In this document: piece by piece, positions 43,737-52,896 of the stretch
How the letters are laid out: every line of letters starts with the position of its first letter
How positions within the stretch are numbered: the stretch's first letter is position 1
Origin: Naegleria gruberi
Lineage: Eukaryota
NCBI GenBank assembly: GCA_000004985.1
Contig: GG738850.1
Strand: one strand, 5' to 3'
DNA: 64,000 bases
Made by a program: the position numbers and the translations under genes
Notes under the pieces: generated by a model
Told to the model about the DNA's origin: nothing
The model's input: the letters and a program-made list of their open reading frames with translations, nothing else
Database searches by the model: none

Positions 43737-44753
43737 ATGACTTCTGGAGCCCTTTGTGGATTTTATGATACAAATAATGGCTTAATAAGTAATTTTGTTA
43801 ATAGATGGAGTTGGTATGCAAACAATGGTGCTTTTACATCTCCAAGATATCCTCCTAAAAATTTTGGTTTATTACTTCCTGTGGTGAGCGTTTTAAGTTT
43901 AATCTTTCACTCTCTGATTTATTATTACGGGGCAGATTGGTTTTCAAAGAAATATAGTACTACATTTAAGAAGAAGATTTTTGGTGATGAGAAGGCAAGA
44001 AGAGAATGGAATAGCAGAATTGTTTCAAATGTTCATGCAATTATTTCTTCTCTATTTTCATTGTATTGTATCGTATTTGTTTTTCTTCCAGCCCCTTACG
44101 AAAGAATTTTGTCAATTTCCAATAATTCATGTATTTGCTTGATTGGCTATGGTATTGGCTACTTTTTATATGACTTGTTCATTGTGACTAGAAATTATCC
44201 TCAACTGGGAGGTATGGAAACACTTCTTCACCATTCTATTTCAATACTTGCATTGCTAGGAAGTTCCATCTGGGAAAATGGTATTGTGTTGGTGGTTGTC
44301 ATGATGTTTACTGAAATTTCTACACCTTTTGTGAATCAAAGATATTTCTTTTCTAAATGCAATATGAAAGATTCCAAAATATATACTTATAATGGTATCA
44401 TGATGTGGTTGACATTTGGTATTGTTAGAATTTATTTCTGCTATTACATTCCACATTTTGTGTGGGAAGACTCTGAAACATTTTGTTCATTCCCAATTGG
44501 TTGGATTATTCTTATTTCTTTAATGATGACCTTAATGAGTAGTTTAAATATTTTCTGGTTCTATAAGATTACTGTGGGTATCGTGCAAGTTGTTTTTGCC
44601 AAGCAACCAACTTCAGCTCCATCCACATCCTCAACTCCAAGTGCTCCTGATAGTATCAATGTTAAGGATGATAAGAAAAGTGATGAAGATGACGCCGACA
44701 AAAAGGAATTGGACGAAAAAGTTGCCACAACTTCACCTTTAGTAAGAAGATAA
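43737..44753 (+). CDS. TLC (TRAM/LAG1/CLN8) domain-containing membrane protein, TLCD/TMEM56-like
   Basis: The six-TM core has LLHHSISILALLGS, MMFTEISTPFVNQRYFF and the YYIPHFVW pattern. The C-terminus is a low-complexity S/T/P and acidic tail. Confidence 0.6.
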   Translation: MTSGALCGFYDTNNGLISNFVNRWSWYANNGAFTSPRYPPKNFGLLLPVVSVLSLIFHSLIYYYGADWFSKKYSTTFKKKIFGDEKARREWNSRIVSNVHAIISSLFSLYCIVFVFLPAPYERILSISNNSCICLIGYGIGYFLYDLFIVTRNYPQLGGMETLLHHSISILALLGSSIWENGIVLVVVMMFTEISTPFVNQRYFFSKCNMKDSKIYTYNGIMMWLTFGIVRIYFCYYIPHFVWEDSETFCSFPIGWIILISLMMTLMSSLNIFWFYKITVGIVQVVFAKQPTSAPSTSSTPSAPDSINVKDDKKSDEDDADKKELDEKVATTSPLVRR

Positions 44754-44777
44754 TCATAAAATGTATAATATTGCAAA

Positions 44778-47249
44778 TCATCTTTTGATTTTATATTCTC
44801 CCCCGTCGCATTCCAGAACTTCTTCCTTTACAAGGATATTCAAGAATGAACTCAGTTCAGAAAGTGATTTGTCGAATGGAGGTAAAGGATCAAGAGCAAA
44901 CATTGCCAACATGTTATGAATTTTGGCAAGTGGCATGCTATCAAAGTTTTCAATCATATTAATGATAATATCTTGATAAACTCTGAGTTCTTCTTCTTGA
45001 CTTTGAGCAGTTGTCATCTCTTCCATGTTTTCATCTTCTCCTTGTTCAGTGGCGGCAGAAGTCAGACTATCCACTAATCTGTACGTCTTATTTCCCTCAT
45101 CTATAATAATTCCTCTCTTTACCCAAGTATTAATACGTTTTTGGAATGTTTTATCGTCAATCTTCATCATTTCCATTATTTCATCCATAGTCCAAACATT
45201 TCTATCAGAGAAGTGGAATAGAATAGATGCAGCAACAGGATGAATGTTGGTGAGCTCTAGCTCTTCACCTCCAATTTCAATATCAAAATCTATTGAACCC
45301 ATTTGCTTTTCCCATAATAATTTTCTAGGGGCCTTAATAGCATTATATTGATTTGCATATTCTTCCATTAATTGTTCAATAAATGGATGCAATAGGATTG
45401 TAGGCTTGTTTTCATCAGTCATCAATTGCTGTCCAGGAGGTGCACCTTGATTGAATACTACCTGAGGCCAATAATTCTTAGATAGCATGAACACACTTGG
45501 AATTTGGGAGTCTGCTTGAATTGAAATTTCAGCAATTTGACTGTTAGAAAGTTCAATGTAATCACTTCTATTTGCAAGTCTAGATTGAATGCCAGAGTTA
45601 AGGAATTTGGAATCGGAAATATCTTTCAGCATAATTTCACAATTTTGCATATTCTTATCACCAAACCTAATTTTCAACAATTCAGCCATCTTGGCTTCGT
45701 TATTGGTATCATAGGTTTCATTCTTCAAAAGTGACTCAGCCAGTATCATTCTATATTCATTAACAAATATTTCCTTATTTCCTCTGTACATTTCTATGAA
45801 TATTTTGATAATATCAGGTTTCTCCATTTTAGATTTAGATGAAGAAGGATGAATAGGTTTTGGATTCCAATTCTCACTTGCATCATCCGAATCGTAATCT
45901 AAACTGCTTTGTGGTTCTGAGGTCAACAATTCACGGTAAAGAGCAGAATCATTTTGTTCATCGGTCATTTCATTAATTATACATCTGACAGCATCTGGAC
46001 GTTTTTCACGTAAGTATTCCTTGATATGGAATGATACGCTTTCTAACGAAATCCCAGTTGGATCAATTATGAGAAGAGATTTGATTATTCTAATAAAAGC
46101 CATTATAATATTCTTGGTTTCTACACTCGCTAAAAGTAATCTAGATTTTACACCCTTACTTAGTTCTTTAACAAGCTCATTATGCATTCCACAATGATTT
46201 AAACAGTCCTTTAAATCCGTTATTGCTTGTTGGCTATTTGGGAAATCAATAACGATATCGAAAATTTGACTTATTCTAATCTTGGCTAAATTTTCAAACA
46301 CAAAATAATCAACCTGTGATTTAAGAGTATTGAACATTTCGTGAGAAGAATCGCCACAAAAATAAATTTCCATATACGAATAAATAATTTGTTCTTTCCA
46401 TTGTTGAATATAGGTCAATATTTCCTGTTCAAAGTCAGTTGTTGATACTTCTGTGATTTTCTCTTTGATGGCTGAAAACATGAATGCTATCCAACTGTTT
46501 GAACAAATTGAATTCATGAAATTAGCTCTAAGTAATCTTAATTTGTCACAAAATTGTCTAAAATTTGAAATAATGTCTTCCATCTCCTGAGACGATTCTC
46601 CTGATTCAATACTTGTCGAAAAAGCATTAAAAGTCTCTCTAAAGTATTGTACCATAATTTCTGAGATATTCCCTTTGATTAAATACTCTCTTTGGTCGAT
46701 ATTCAACTTGTAAAATAGAGCTGATTGCACAAATACTATAAATTGTTCTCTCAGTCTCTCTTTAATTTCCAAACAGTTTTCTAATGTCGAAAATACAATT
46801 AAATATCGTTCTGTTATATTACAAATCATATGTACAGCCTGTACCAATGAATTAATATCCGAAATACTATTAAATATTGATACATGATTCTTAATAAAAT
46901 GTTGTCTCATATTTTGAATATATGGTTCAACAATTTGAGTTTTATCCATCACATTCCTCTCTGCCAACAATTTAATTTGCTGAAAACAAATTCCATTCGG
47001 ATTTTCCAACAATTCTGCACAATGAGCTGCATTAATTGCAATAGTTTTTAATAATTCCTGATGACCATCTAGCAACCAATTACTTTTTAAACTAGTCGAT
47101 TCCGAACCCGAACCAGAACCTCCAACACTATATATTTCTTGTTGTTCTTTTTGTATGGATAATGATGATGCTGAGGAACAAGCCTTGTTTAAATTCCCAA
47201 CAGCATTCCAACTTTGCACTTGTTGTGCAAGAATTAAATTGTTCATCAT
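44778..47249 (-). CDS. ANAPC2: Anaphase-promoting complex subunit 2 (cullin-homology protein)
   Basis: It is 823 aa. Colinear APC2 blocks are IFIEMYRGNKEIFVNEYRMILAESLL (APC2 LFQMYRSSKDLFINEYRSLLADRLL), ELLKIRFGDKNMQNCEIMLKDISDSKFLN (ELLKLRFGEAPMHFCEVMLKDMADSRRIN), and the C-terminal WHB LAKIHNMLAMF...GGEYKI (LDRIYNMLRMF...AGVYRL). Confidence 0.8.
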   Translation of the reverse strand: MMNNLILAQQVQSWNAVGNLNKACSSASSLSIQKEQQEIYSVGGSGSGSESTSLKSNWLLDGHQELLKTIAINAAHCAELLENPNGICFQQIKLLAERNVMDKTQIVEPYIQNMRQHFIKNHVSIFNSISDINSLVQAVHMICNITERYLIVFSTLENCLEIKERLREQFIVFVQSALFYKLNIDQREYLIKGNISEIMVQYFRETFNAFSTSIESGESSQEMEDIISNFRQFCDKLRLLRANFMNSICSNSWIAFMFSAIKEKITEVSTTDFEQEILTYIQQWKEQIIYSYMEIYFCGDSSHEMFNTLKSQVDYFVFENLAKIRISQIFDIVIDFPNSQQAITDLKDCLNHCGMHNELVKELSKGVKSRLLLASVETKNIIMAFIRIIKSLLIIDPTGISLESVSFHIKEYLREKRPDAVRCIINEMTDEQNDSALYRELLTSEPQSSLDYDSDDASENWNPKPIHPSSSKSKMEKPDIIKIFIEMYRGNKEIFVNEYRMILAESLLKNETYDTNNEAKMAELLKIRFGDKNMQNCEIMLKDISDSKFLNSGIQSRLANRSDYIELSNSQIAEISIQADSQIPSVFMLSKNYWPQVVFNQGAPPGQQLMTDENKPTILLHPFIEQLMEEYANQYNAIKAPRKLLWEKQMGSIDFDIEIGGEELELTNIHPVAASILFHFSDRNVWTMDEIMEMMKIDDKTFQKRINTWVKRGIIIDEGNKTYRLVDSLTSAATEQGEDENMEEMTTAQSQEEELRVYQDIIINMIENFDSMPLAKIHNMLAMFALDPLPPFDKSLSELSSFLNILVKEEVLECDGGEYKIKR

Positions 47250-47271
47250 TTTTTAATTTTGGAGGGAAATT

Positions 47272-48387
47272 ATGAAAAAATATTTAAATTTTAATAAACA
47301 AGTTTTACTTTCAATTCTCTCTCGACAACAGCAGCAGAAACAACAACAACAACGAGTAGATAGCTTTGAATCAAAAATACATAATAGAATAACAAATATT
47401 GAAGGATTGAATAGGAGTTTTATAGTACAAGAAAGATTTTATAATACAAGCCTCATTAGAATGTCATCATCATCCGATAATAATAATAATTCATCATCAC
47501 ATGATGAGAGTATTGCACCTTCCTCTTCATCATCAGAACAACAAGTAGATAATAATAATACAAATTTTGAACAAGTGGGATGGAATCAAACTAAAATTGA
47601 TAGACCAACACAGGAAGATATTCAAGTCATTGAAAAGATACAATTGAAGAAGGCTATTACAGTGCCGAATGCTATTGTGAAGAGATGTAAATGGGGATAT
47701 CCACAAGTGACATTTGCATTCACTAGTAAAAACAAGGCAGAAACTTCTGAGAATACCTATGTACCAGGAACATTCCTTTGGTTGACATGTCCTAGAGTTA
47801 ATTTAATTATTGATAAAGTGGAAACATCTGATGAATTTAATGAAATAAGAAGAGAATTCGGAGCAGAACTTAACTTTTCCAAGACTAAATTGAAAAATCA
47901 AAATAAGAGAAAATCAGAGAATAATAATTCTTCAGAAAAGAAACAAAAACAAGAATCTGAAGCAACTGTTACCATTCATGAATCTCAAAAGAATAATTTA
48001 TTGATGGAATCATTTGAAAATTATGACAAGTGGTTGTTAGAAGAAGCCAAAGTAACTGAAGGTCAAGATAAGGGACAAGCTTTATTGACACCAGATGAAT
48101 TTAACATGTGGAAATATTCCGTATATGAAAAGGATTTGAATAACTTGCCACCTCAAAGAAAGAGATATGGTAATGCAGGTGTTTCACATCCATCCTCAAT
48201 CAAGTGTCTTCATTCACACATTTCTTCGTATTTTGCTGGTTCAAAGGATCATGTTGGTAAACGAGCATTTGAAGCAGGTAAACGAGTCATTACAGAAGTT
48301 TTGAATGAAACAGATATTGAAGATTTGGCCAATCCACTCGATTGTCGATCCAACTGTATCAAGTGTCAGATGAATAAAAAAGATTAA
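47272..48387 (+). CDS. Hypothetical protein of 371 aa with N/S/Q low-complexity N-terminus and conserved-looking C-terminal half
   Basis: The intact ORF has an ATG at 47272. The segments CKWGYPQVTFAFTS...FLWLTCPRVNLI and NAGVSHPSSIKCLHSHISSYFAG look like conserved motifs. I cannot assign a family. Confidence 0.4.
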   Translation: MKKYLNFNKQVLLSILSRQQQQKQQQQRVDSFESKIHNRITNIEGLNRSFIVQERFYNTSLIRMSSSSDNNNNSSSHDESIAPSSSSSEQQVDNNNTNFEQVGWNQTKIDRPTQEDIQVIEKIQLKKAITVPNAIVKRCKWGYPQVTFAFTSKNKAETSENTYVPGTFLWLTCPRVNLIIDKVETSDEFNEIRREFGAELNFSKTKLKNQNKRKSENNNSSEKKQKQESEATVTIHESQKNNLLMESFENYDKWLLEEAKVTEGQDKGQALLTPDEFNMWKYSVYEKDLNNLPPQRKRYGNAGVSHPSSIKCLHSHISSYFAGSKDHVGKRAFEAGKRVITEVLNETDIEDLANPLDCRSNCIKCQMNKKD

Positions 48388-48391
48388 AAAA

Positions 48392-49130
48392 ATGCCAACA
48401 AACGCTTATTTCACAATTGTTGCTAAAGATTGTCCGATTTATGAATTGGAAATTTCAACATCAAAGGTTGGTTATCTAATGATGATTGAATTTTATTATA
48501 ATCATTATGTTTTTTTAATTTATGTTCATTCCGATCATGTGATGATGATATTTTAAAATATTAATAATAATAATAATGATGAATATTTGGAATTAATTGT
48601 GATGATTTGATGATGAAAATATATTTTTGATGAATAATAATAATATGATTAATCCGCGAATATATATTTGTTTAATTGTTTATTAATTAATAATAATAAT
48701 AATAGAAAACCGATCAATCACAACTTAAACAATTTGTTTTACATGCTTCTCTTGATGCAGTTGAAGAATTACAATGGACAACTAATGCTTTATTCTTGAA
48801 ATCTGTTGATAGATTTAATGAATTTAACATTTATGGATTTGTTACTGGTGGAAGTAAGTATGAACATTAATAGAATTAATTTTTAAATATTATAATAATG
48901 ATAACAATTTAATTATTTATTCAATATTTCCTAAAATAGATATCAGATTTTTATTACTTTTTGAAAATGATAAAAAGAATGATGATCAAACAATTAAGAG
49001 TTTCTTTAGTGATGTTTTTGAATTGTATATTAAAATCCAAATGAATCCATTCTATGAATTGTATACTCCAATTACTTCACATGATTTTGATACAAGAGTT
49101 AAACAATTAGCAAATAAGTATATTTCGTAA
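48392..49130 (+). CDS. TRAPPC2: TRAPP complex subunit 2 (sedlin)
   Basis: Gene model is join(48392..48466,48706..48853,48940..49130). Intron 1 is 239 nt with a weak GTTGGT donor, (TAA)n-rich, in phase 0. Intron 2 is 86 nt, GTAAGT, in phase 1. The spliced 137-aa product MPTNAYFTIVAKDCPIYELEISTSK|KTDQSQLKQFVLHASLDAVEELQWTTNALFLKSVDRFNEFNIYGFVTGG|NIRFLLLFENDKKNDDQTIKSFFSDVFELYIKIQMNPFYELYTPITSHDFDTRVKQLANKYIS is colinear with sedlin. Sedlin has YFVIVGHHDNPVFEMEF..., [36 protein letters not shown] and FFTDVYDLYIKFSMNPFY. Confidence 0.75.
48540..48700 (+). repeat. AT-rich microsatellites inside TRAPPC2 intron 1: (TAA)n/(ATA)n runs and repeated 'gtgatgat' units
   Basis: Runs such as taataataataataatgatg, aataataataatatga and aattaataataataataatag are read directly. 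This is the only long intron in the window. Confidence 0.55.
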
Positions 49131-49227
49131 ATAAAGACAAATTAGAGTTGTGTTATTGAATTGGTTATTGATTGAATTATGAAAGGTTCTTTTTTAGACA
49201 TTTTCAGTCAGTAATCATTAAAAAAAA

Positions 49228-50490
49228 ATGTCAACATTTAAAAAGTACTCATCAGAAGATATTGCAACACTAACAATTGCTCGTAATATTGGTTCTTGCA
49301 AAGGATGGCATGTTACTAGCGAATTTTTATGTTTTGGAACTATGGAAAGTGAAGGATGTGTTTATGTGTAAGTTTTTCACACTCAATTGACTAGAAAGTG
49401 GTAATAAACAGATATCGAGTTGATAAATTAGATAATTTACAAGAAGCAGTTCACAGTATGGTAAAAAGTCCATTCAATAAGACCTTTCCAGTAACTGTTT
49501 TTTATTTACCAAAATTAGATTTAATATTTGTTGGATATGATAATGGATGCATTGTAATATTTGATGGAAAATCAAGAGAGAAAAAGTCAATTATTAGAGG
49601 TTGTCATCATATTAAAAAGATTCAAGTAATTTACAATAACAAATTGGATAAACATTTACTTGTTGCTGCTTGTAATCAAGGTGAAAAGAGTCATTTACTT
49701 TTTTGGAAGATTACAAAGAATTCAAATCATAATGTTGATTATTCTTCAACTGATTTGAAACAATTTGAGTTTAATTCACAAATTTCAGATTTATATACTA
49801 CTGATATCTTTATTGAATCAATTAATAAGGAAAATAGAGTTTTAATTTGTCCATTAATGGATGATTCATTTAAATTACTTTACAATTTATTTGAACATGA
49901 AATTGTTGAATTACATTTCAATAAGGATCATTTAAATATGAATGGTGGTATTAGTAGTATGTCATTCGATCAAGATAAGGAAGGAATCAATGATTTAGCA
50001 TTAAGTGGAATGTTAAATGGTAAATTCCAAGTTTACAATTTATCAAATGGTACTTTACAAAAAACAATTAAGGCTGAAAAACATAATAGTATTGAATGTA
50101 TTGCATTTGATGGTGCATTAATGAATGTTTGTATTGGTGGAAGTGAAGGAAATGTTTCAATTTACAATATTGAAAATCAAGAACCAATTCTTGTGAAATG
50201 CATTGAAAATTGTCATGATGGATTTATTACAGCAATTGCACAATGTGAAAATTTCTTTACAACAGGTTCACAAGATGGTACCATTAAAGTTCTAGATAAG
50301 GTAAGTTAAATACTCATTGTAAAGTGTTTCAAACAATACAAAGACAAATGGAACATTAATTGTAAACTTGGATCAAAAACATACAAGTTGCATCACTCAT
50401 TTGGAATTTATTGAAGAACATTTATTAATTTCATCAAGTGAAGATGGTACCATTAGAATGCACATTTTAAATATTGCCAAATTAGAATAA
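49228..50490 (+). CDS. WD40-repeat protein of about 391 aa
   Basis: Gene model is join(49228..49367,49412..50300,50344..50490). A 44-nt intron (GTAAGT, phase 2) joins an upstream ATG exon to track ORF 49398..50309. A 43-nt intron (GTAAGT...CAATACAAAG, phase 0) restores the C-terminal blade ...TNGTLIVNLDQKHTSCITHLEFIEEHLLISSSEDGTIRMHILNIAKLE. WD signatures are LIFVGYDNGCIVIFD and FFTTGSQDGTIKVLD. Confidence 0.6.
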
Positions 50491-50495
50491 AAAAA

Positions 50496-51413
50496 ATGTC
50501 ACCAAAGCTTTTCAAAGATTTTGACACTTGTCACGTGTTTAGGTTTTTAAATTTTAAAGAATTATGTAAAATATCACTTGTTTGTAAGAAATGGTTTATT
50601 ACAAGTCGATCGGATTTATTGTGGAAACAACTTTATAGATTTTATCAAATTGATGTTTTTTGTAATCAACCACAAGAATTAAATCAAGTTAAATGTTCAA
50701 TCATTTCGGATTTTACTCTCATGAATATAATGTTGAGATTGGAAAATTTATCAATAGCGGCACATTCAACATCATGTTGTGCTGAAATTTCAGTACCAAT
50801 TTATTATATTGCCATGTTGAAACCTAAAAAACAATTTAAATTGATTTTTGCTTCGGAATATTCATTTTCACGTACATTTGTCAAGTATGTGAATGTGAGT
50901 TTGGATTCAAAATCAATATTTATGCAATATAATCATGACAAATTTCATAATAATTTATTCGAGTTGATTTGTGAACATTATGTGAAGAAAATTATGAAGA
51001 GAATGAAACCTGAAGTTTTTACAGATTTGATAAGGAGTGAAGATATTTCGGATAATAACATTTTGATTAGTAAGAATGAATTTGTGTTTGCCATTTCAAT
51101 TCCATCAATTTATTCGATTTGTTATTGTTTATTTAATGTTCAGACAAGACAATGCTATCATGTTATTACAAGTAATATGTATCCCTATCAATATGCTATT
51201 CGATTTGTACTATTATTACAAGCTCAGTGTAGAGATTCACTTTCAGAATTTGATTTTAATAAGAATTTAACGAAGACAGTAGAGCATTTATTTTCAATTT
51301 TTGAGTTGAACAGGAATAGTGAAGGTCAATTTAAGATTGGGGTTGATAATAATGAACTTTATGAACCAATAACATTTGAAGATATGCATGTAATTGATAT
51401 TAGTGAAATTTAA
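50496..51413 (+). CDS. F-box protein, 305 aa
   Basis: The N-terminal F-box is FDTCHVFRFLNFKELCKISLVCKKWFITSRSDLLWKQLY. The ATG is at 50496. Its stop TAA at 51411-51413 overlaps the stop of the convergent gene, giving a TTAA palindrome. Confidence 0.6.
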   Translation: MSPKLFKDFDTCHVFRFLNFKELCKISLVCKKWFITSRSDLLWKQLYRFYQIDVFCNQPQELNQVKCSIISDFTLMNIMLRLENLSIAAHSTSCCAEISVPIYYIAMLKPKKQFKLIFASEYSFSRTFVKYVNVSLDSKSIFMQYNHDKFHNNLFELICEHYVKKIMKRMKPEVFTDLIRSEDISDNNILISKNEFVFAISIPSIYSICYCLFNVQTRQCYHVITSNMYPYQYAIRFVLLLQAQCRDSLSEFDFNKNLTKTVEHLFSIFELNRNSEGQFKIGVDNNELYEPITFEDMHVIDISEI

Positions 51414-52789
51414 TTTTTACTTCTCTTCAAAATCAAGCATTCATTTGTAATTGATTCAATAATTAAATTTTGAGCCATATTTTGATAAGTTAATTCAATA
51501 TGTACACCACCGTGTTGTTCTACAAATCTCCAAGTTCCGACCATCGTTTCTCCATGGTTTGACATACTGACGTGACCGTGGGAAGAGTATAAAATACATT
51601 CACTAAGAGAGCTAGAGCCCAAGTTTGAATCTCCCAAATGTCTATAAACAGTAGTACCTGTTTGCTCATTACTTTCAGACTTGGACAAAATCCATTGTTT
51701 TTCACATAAAAGCAAAGTATAAGCTTCCTTATTGAAATTTGAATTTCCCTTCAAAATAGCATTAAGGGCTGGTTCTTCGTCAATTGGCTTTGTATGACCT
51801 CCCAAAACATGTCCACCAGTTGTTCTACCACCAGTTACTGGTAAAGTTGGTTCCTCATCTCCACTATCACTTCCATCGTCTACAGGCATTGTGGTTGTTG
51901 GCATTGTTGTATCTGATTTGATAACTACGCCTTTGTTTTTAGTCAATTGTAGAATTACAGAACCTTTTGGAACTAATCCAGCTTGATCAAGAGTTGTGTT
52001 TTGCCAATCTTCCTCGAAATATTCTTTACGAGGGAATGGAGTCAAGATACTATATGCTTCATTAGAATCCAAATGTGAAGAAACAGCTTTGAACAAATCA
52101 GCAAGAGTTCCAGGAGTATTGAGTTGAATCTTTTCAGTACTACCTCTTGGTAATCTAACTTGAATGAGTGCTGATGTTGCAGAACTTTCAGAAGGCTTTG
52201 GAGTTACTGTTGAAGAAGAAGAAGCTGTTGAACTACTAGCAGAAGATGAAGATCCACTCAATCTTGCTTGTTTTTCTTCCTTTTCCTTTTTCATTGCATC
52301 TTTCAAAGCCTTTACTCTCTTCTTTTCTTCCAATTTTTCCTTTCTGATTCTTTCTTGTTCTTTCAATCTTTCTCTTTCTGCAAAAGCTAATTTAGCTTCA
52401 ACAGAATCTCCTTTCAATTTGTTTGGATTTGTATAAATAACAGGAATACTACCACCAGAGTTTAAAATTGATGATGGTTGATTATTTACAGGTTCAGAAG
52501 ATGTTGTTACTACTGGAGTCGGATTGGTTGTTACAGGAGTGCTTGTTGTTGTTGTTGAAGAAGTATCCATAATTTCCTCTTGATCCAATTCAGCAAAGTG
52601 ATCATAAATATATTGAATTGCTTGATCAATAGAAACATTATTAACCATTTGAAGCGCTCTATTAGATTTGTATCTAGAAAAGCCCATATCTACTAGAGTT
52701 GCCGACATTACAGGATTGGCGATCACATAATCATTGTTGTTGGATCCAGTGTTTGGACGTCCTCCGAGTTTGAGTGTTGGTTGAGACAT
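51410..52789 (-). CDS. UBA- and UBX-domain protein (p97/Cdc48 adaptor-like), 459 aa
   Basis: The N-terminal UBA-like segment is VMSATLVDMGFSRYKSNRALQMVNNVSIDQAIQYIYDHF. A charged coiled-coil stretch sits in the middle. The UBX-like ubiquitin fold is ALIQVRLPRGSTEKIQLNTPGTLADLFKAVSSHL...FPRKEYFEEDWQNTTLDQAGLVPKGSVILQL. A C-terminal domain is not identified. Confidence 0.65.
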   Translation of the reverse strand: MSQPTLKLGGRPNTGSNNNDYVIANPVMSATLVDMGFSRYKSNRALQMVNNVSIDQAIQYIYDHFAELDQEEIMDTSSTTTTSTPVTTNPTPVVTTSSEPVNNQPSSILNSGGSIPVIYTNPNKLKGDSVEAKLAFAERERLKEQERIRKEKLEEKKRVKALKDAMKKEKEEKQARLSGSSSSASSSTASSSSTVTPKPSESSATSALIQVRLPRGSTEKIQLNTPGTLADLFKAVSSHLDSNEAYSILTPFPRKEYFEEDWQNTTLDQAGLVPKGSVILQLTKNKGVVIKSDTTMPTTTMPVDDGSDSGDEEPTLPVTGGRTTGGHVLGGHTKPIDEEPALNAILKGNSNFNKEAYTLLLCEKQWILSKSESNEQTGTTVYRHLGDSNLGSSSLSECILYSSHGHVSMSNHGETMVGTWRFVEQHGGVHIELTYQNMAQNLIIESITNECLILKRSKN

Positions 52790-52896
52790 TTTTTATTCTT
52801 TTTTTAAAGAATGAACTTGTGCTATTTTTAATTTCCTTCTTCCAACAGCTGATAATATTTTTGTAAAGTATTGAATATTTTAATATTCTTAATTTA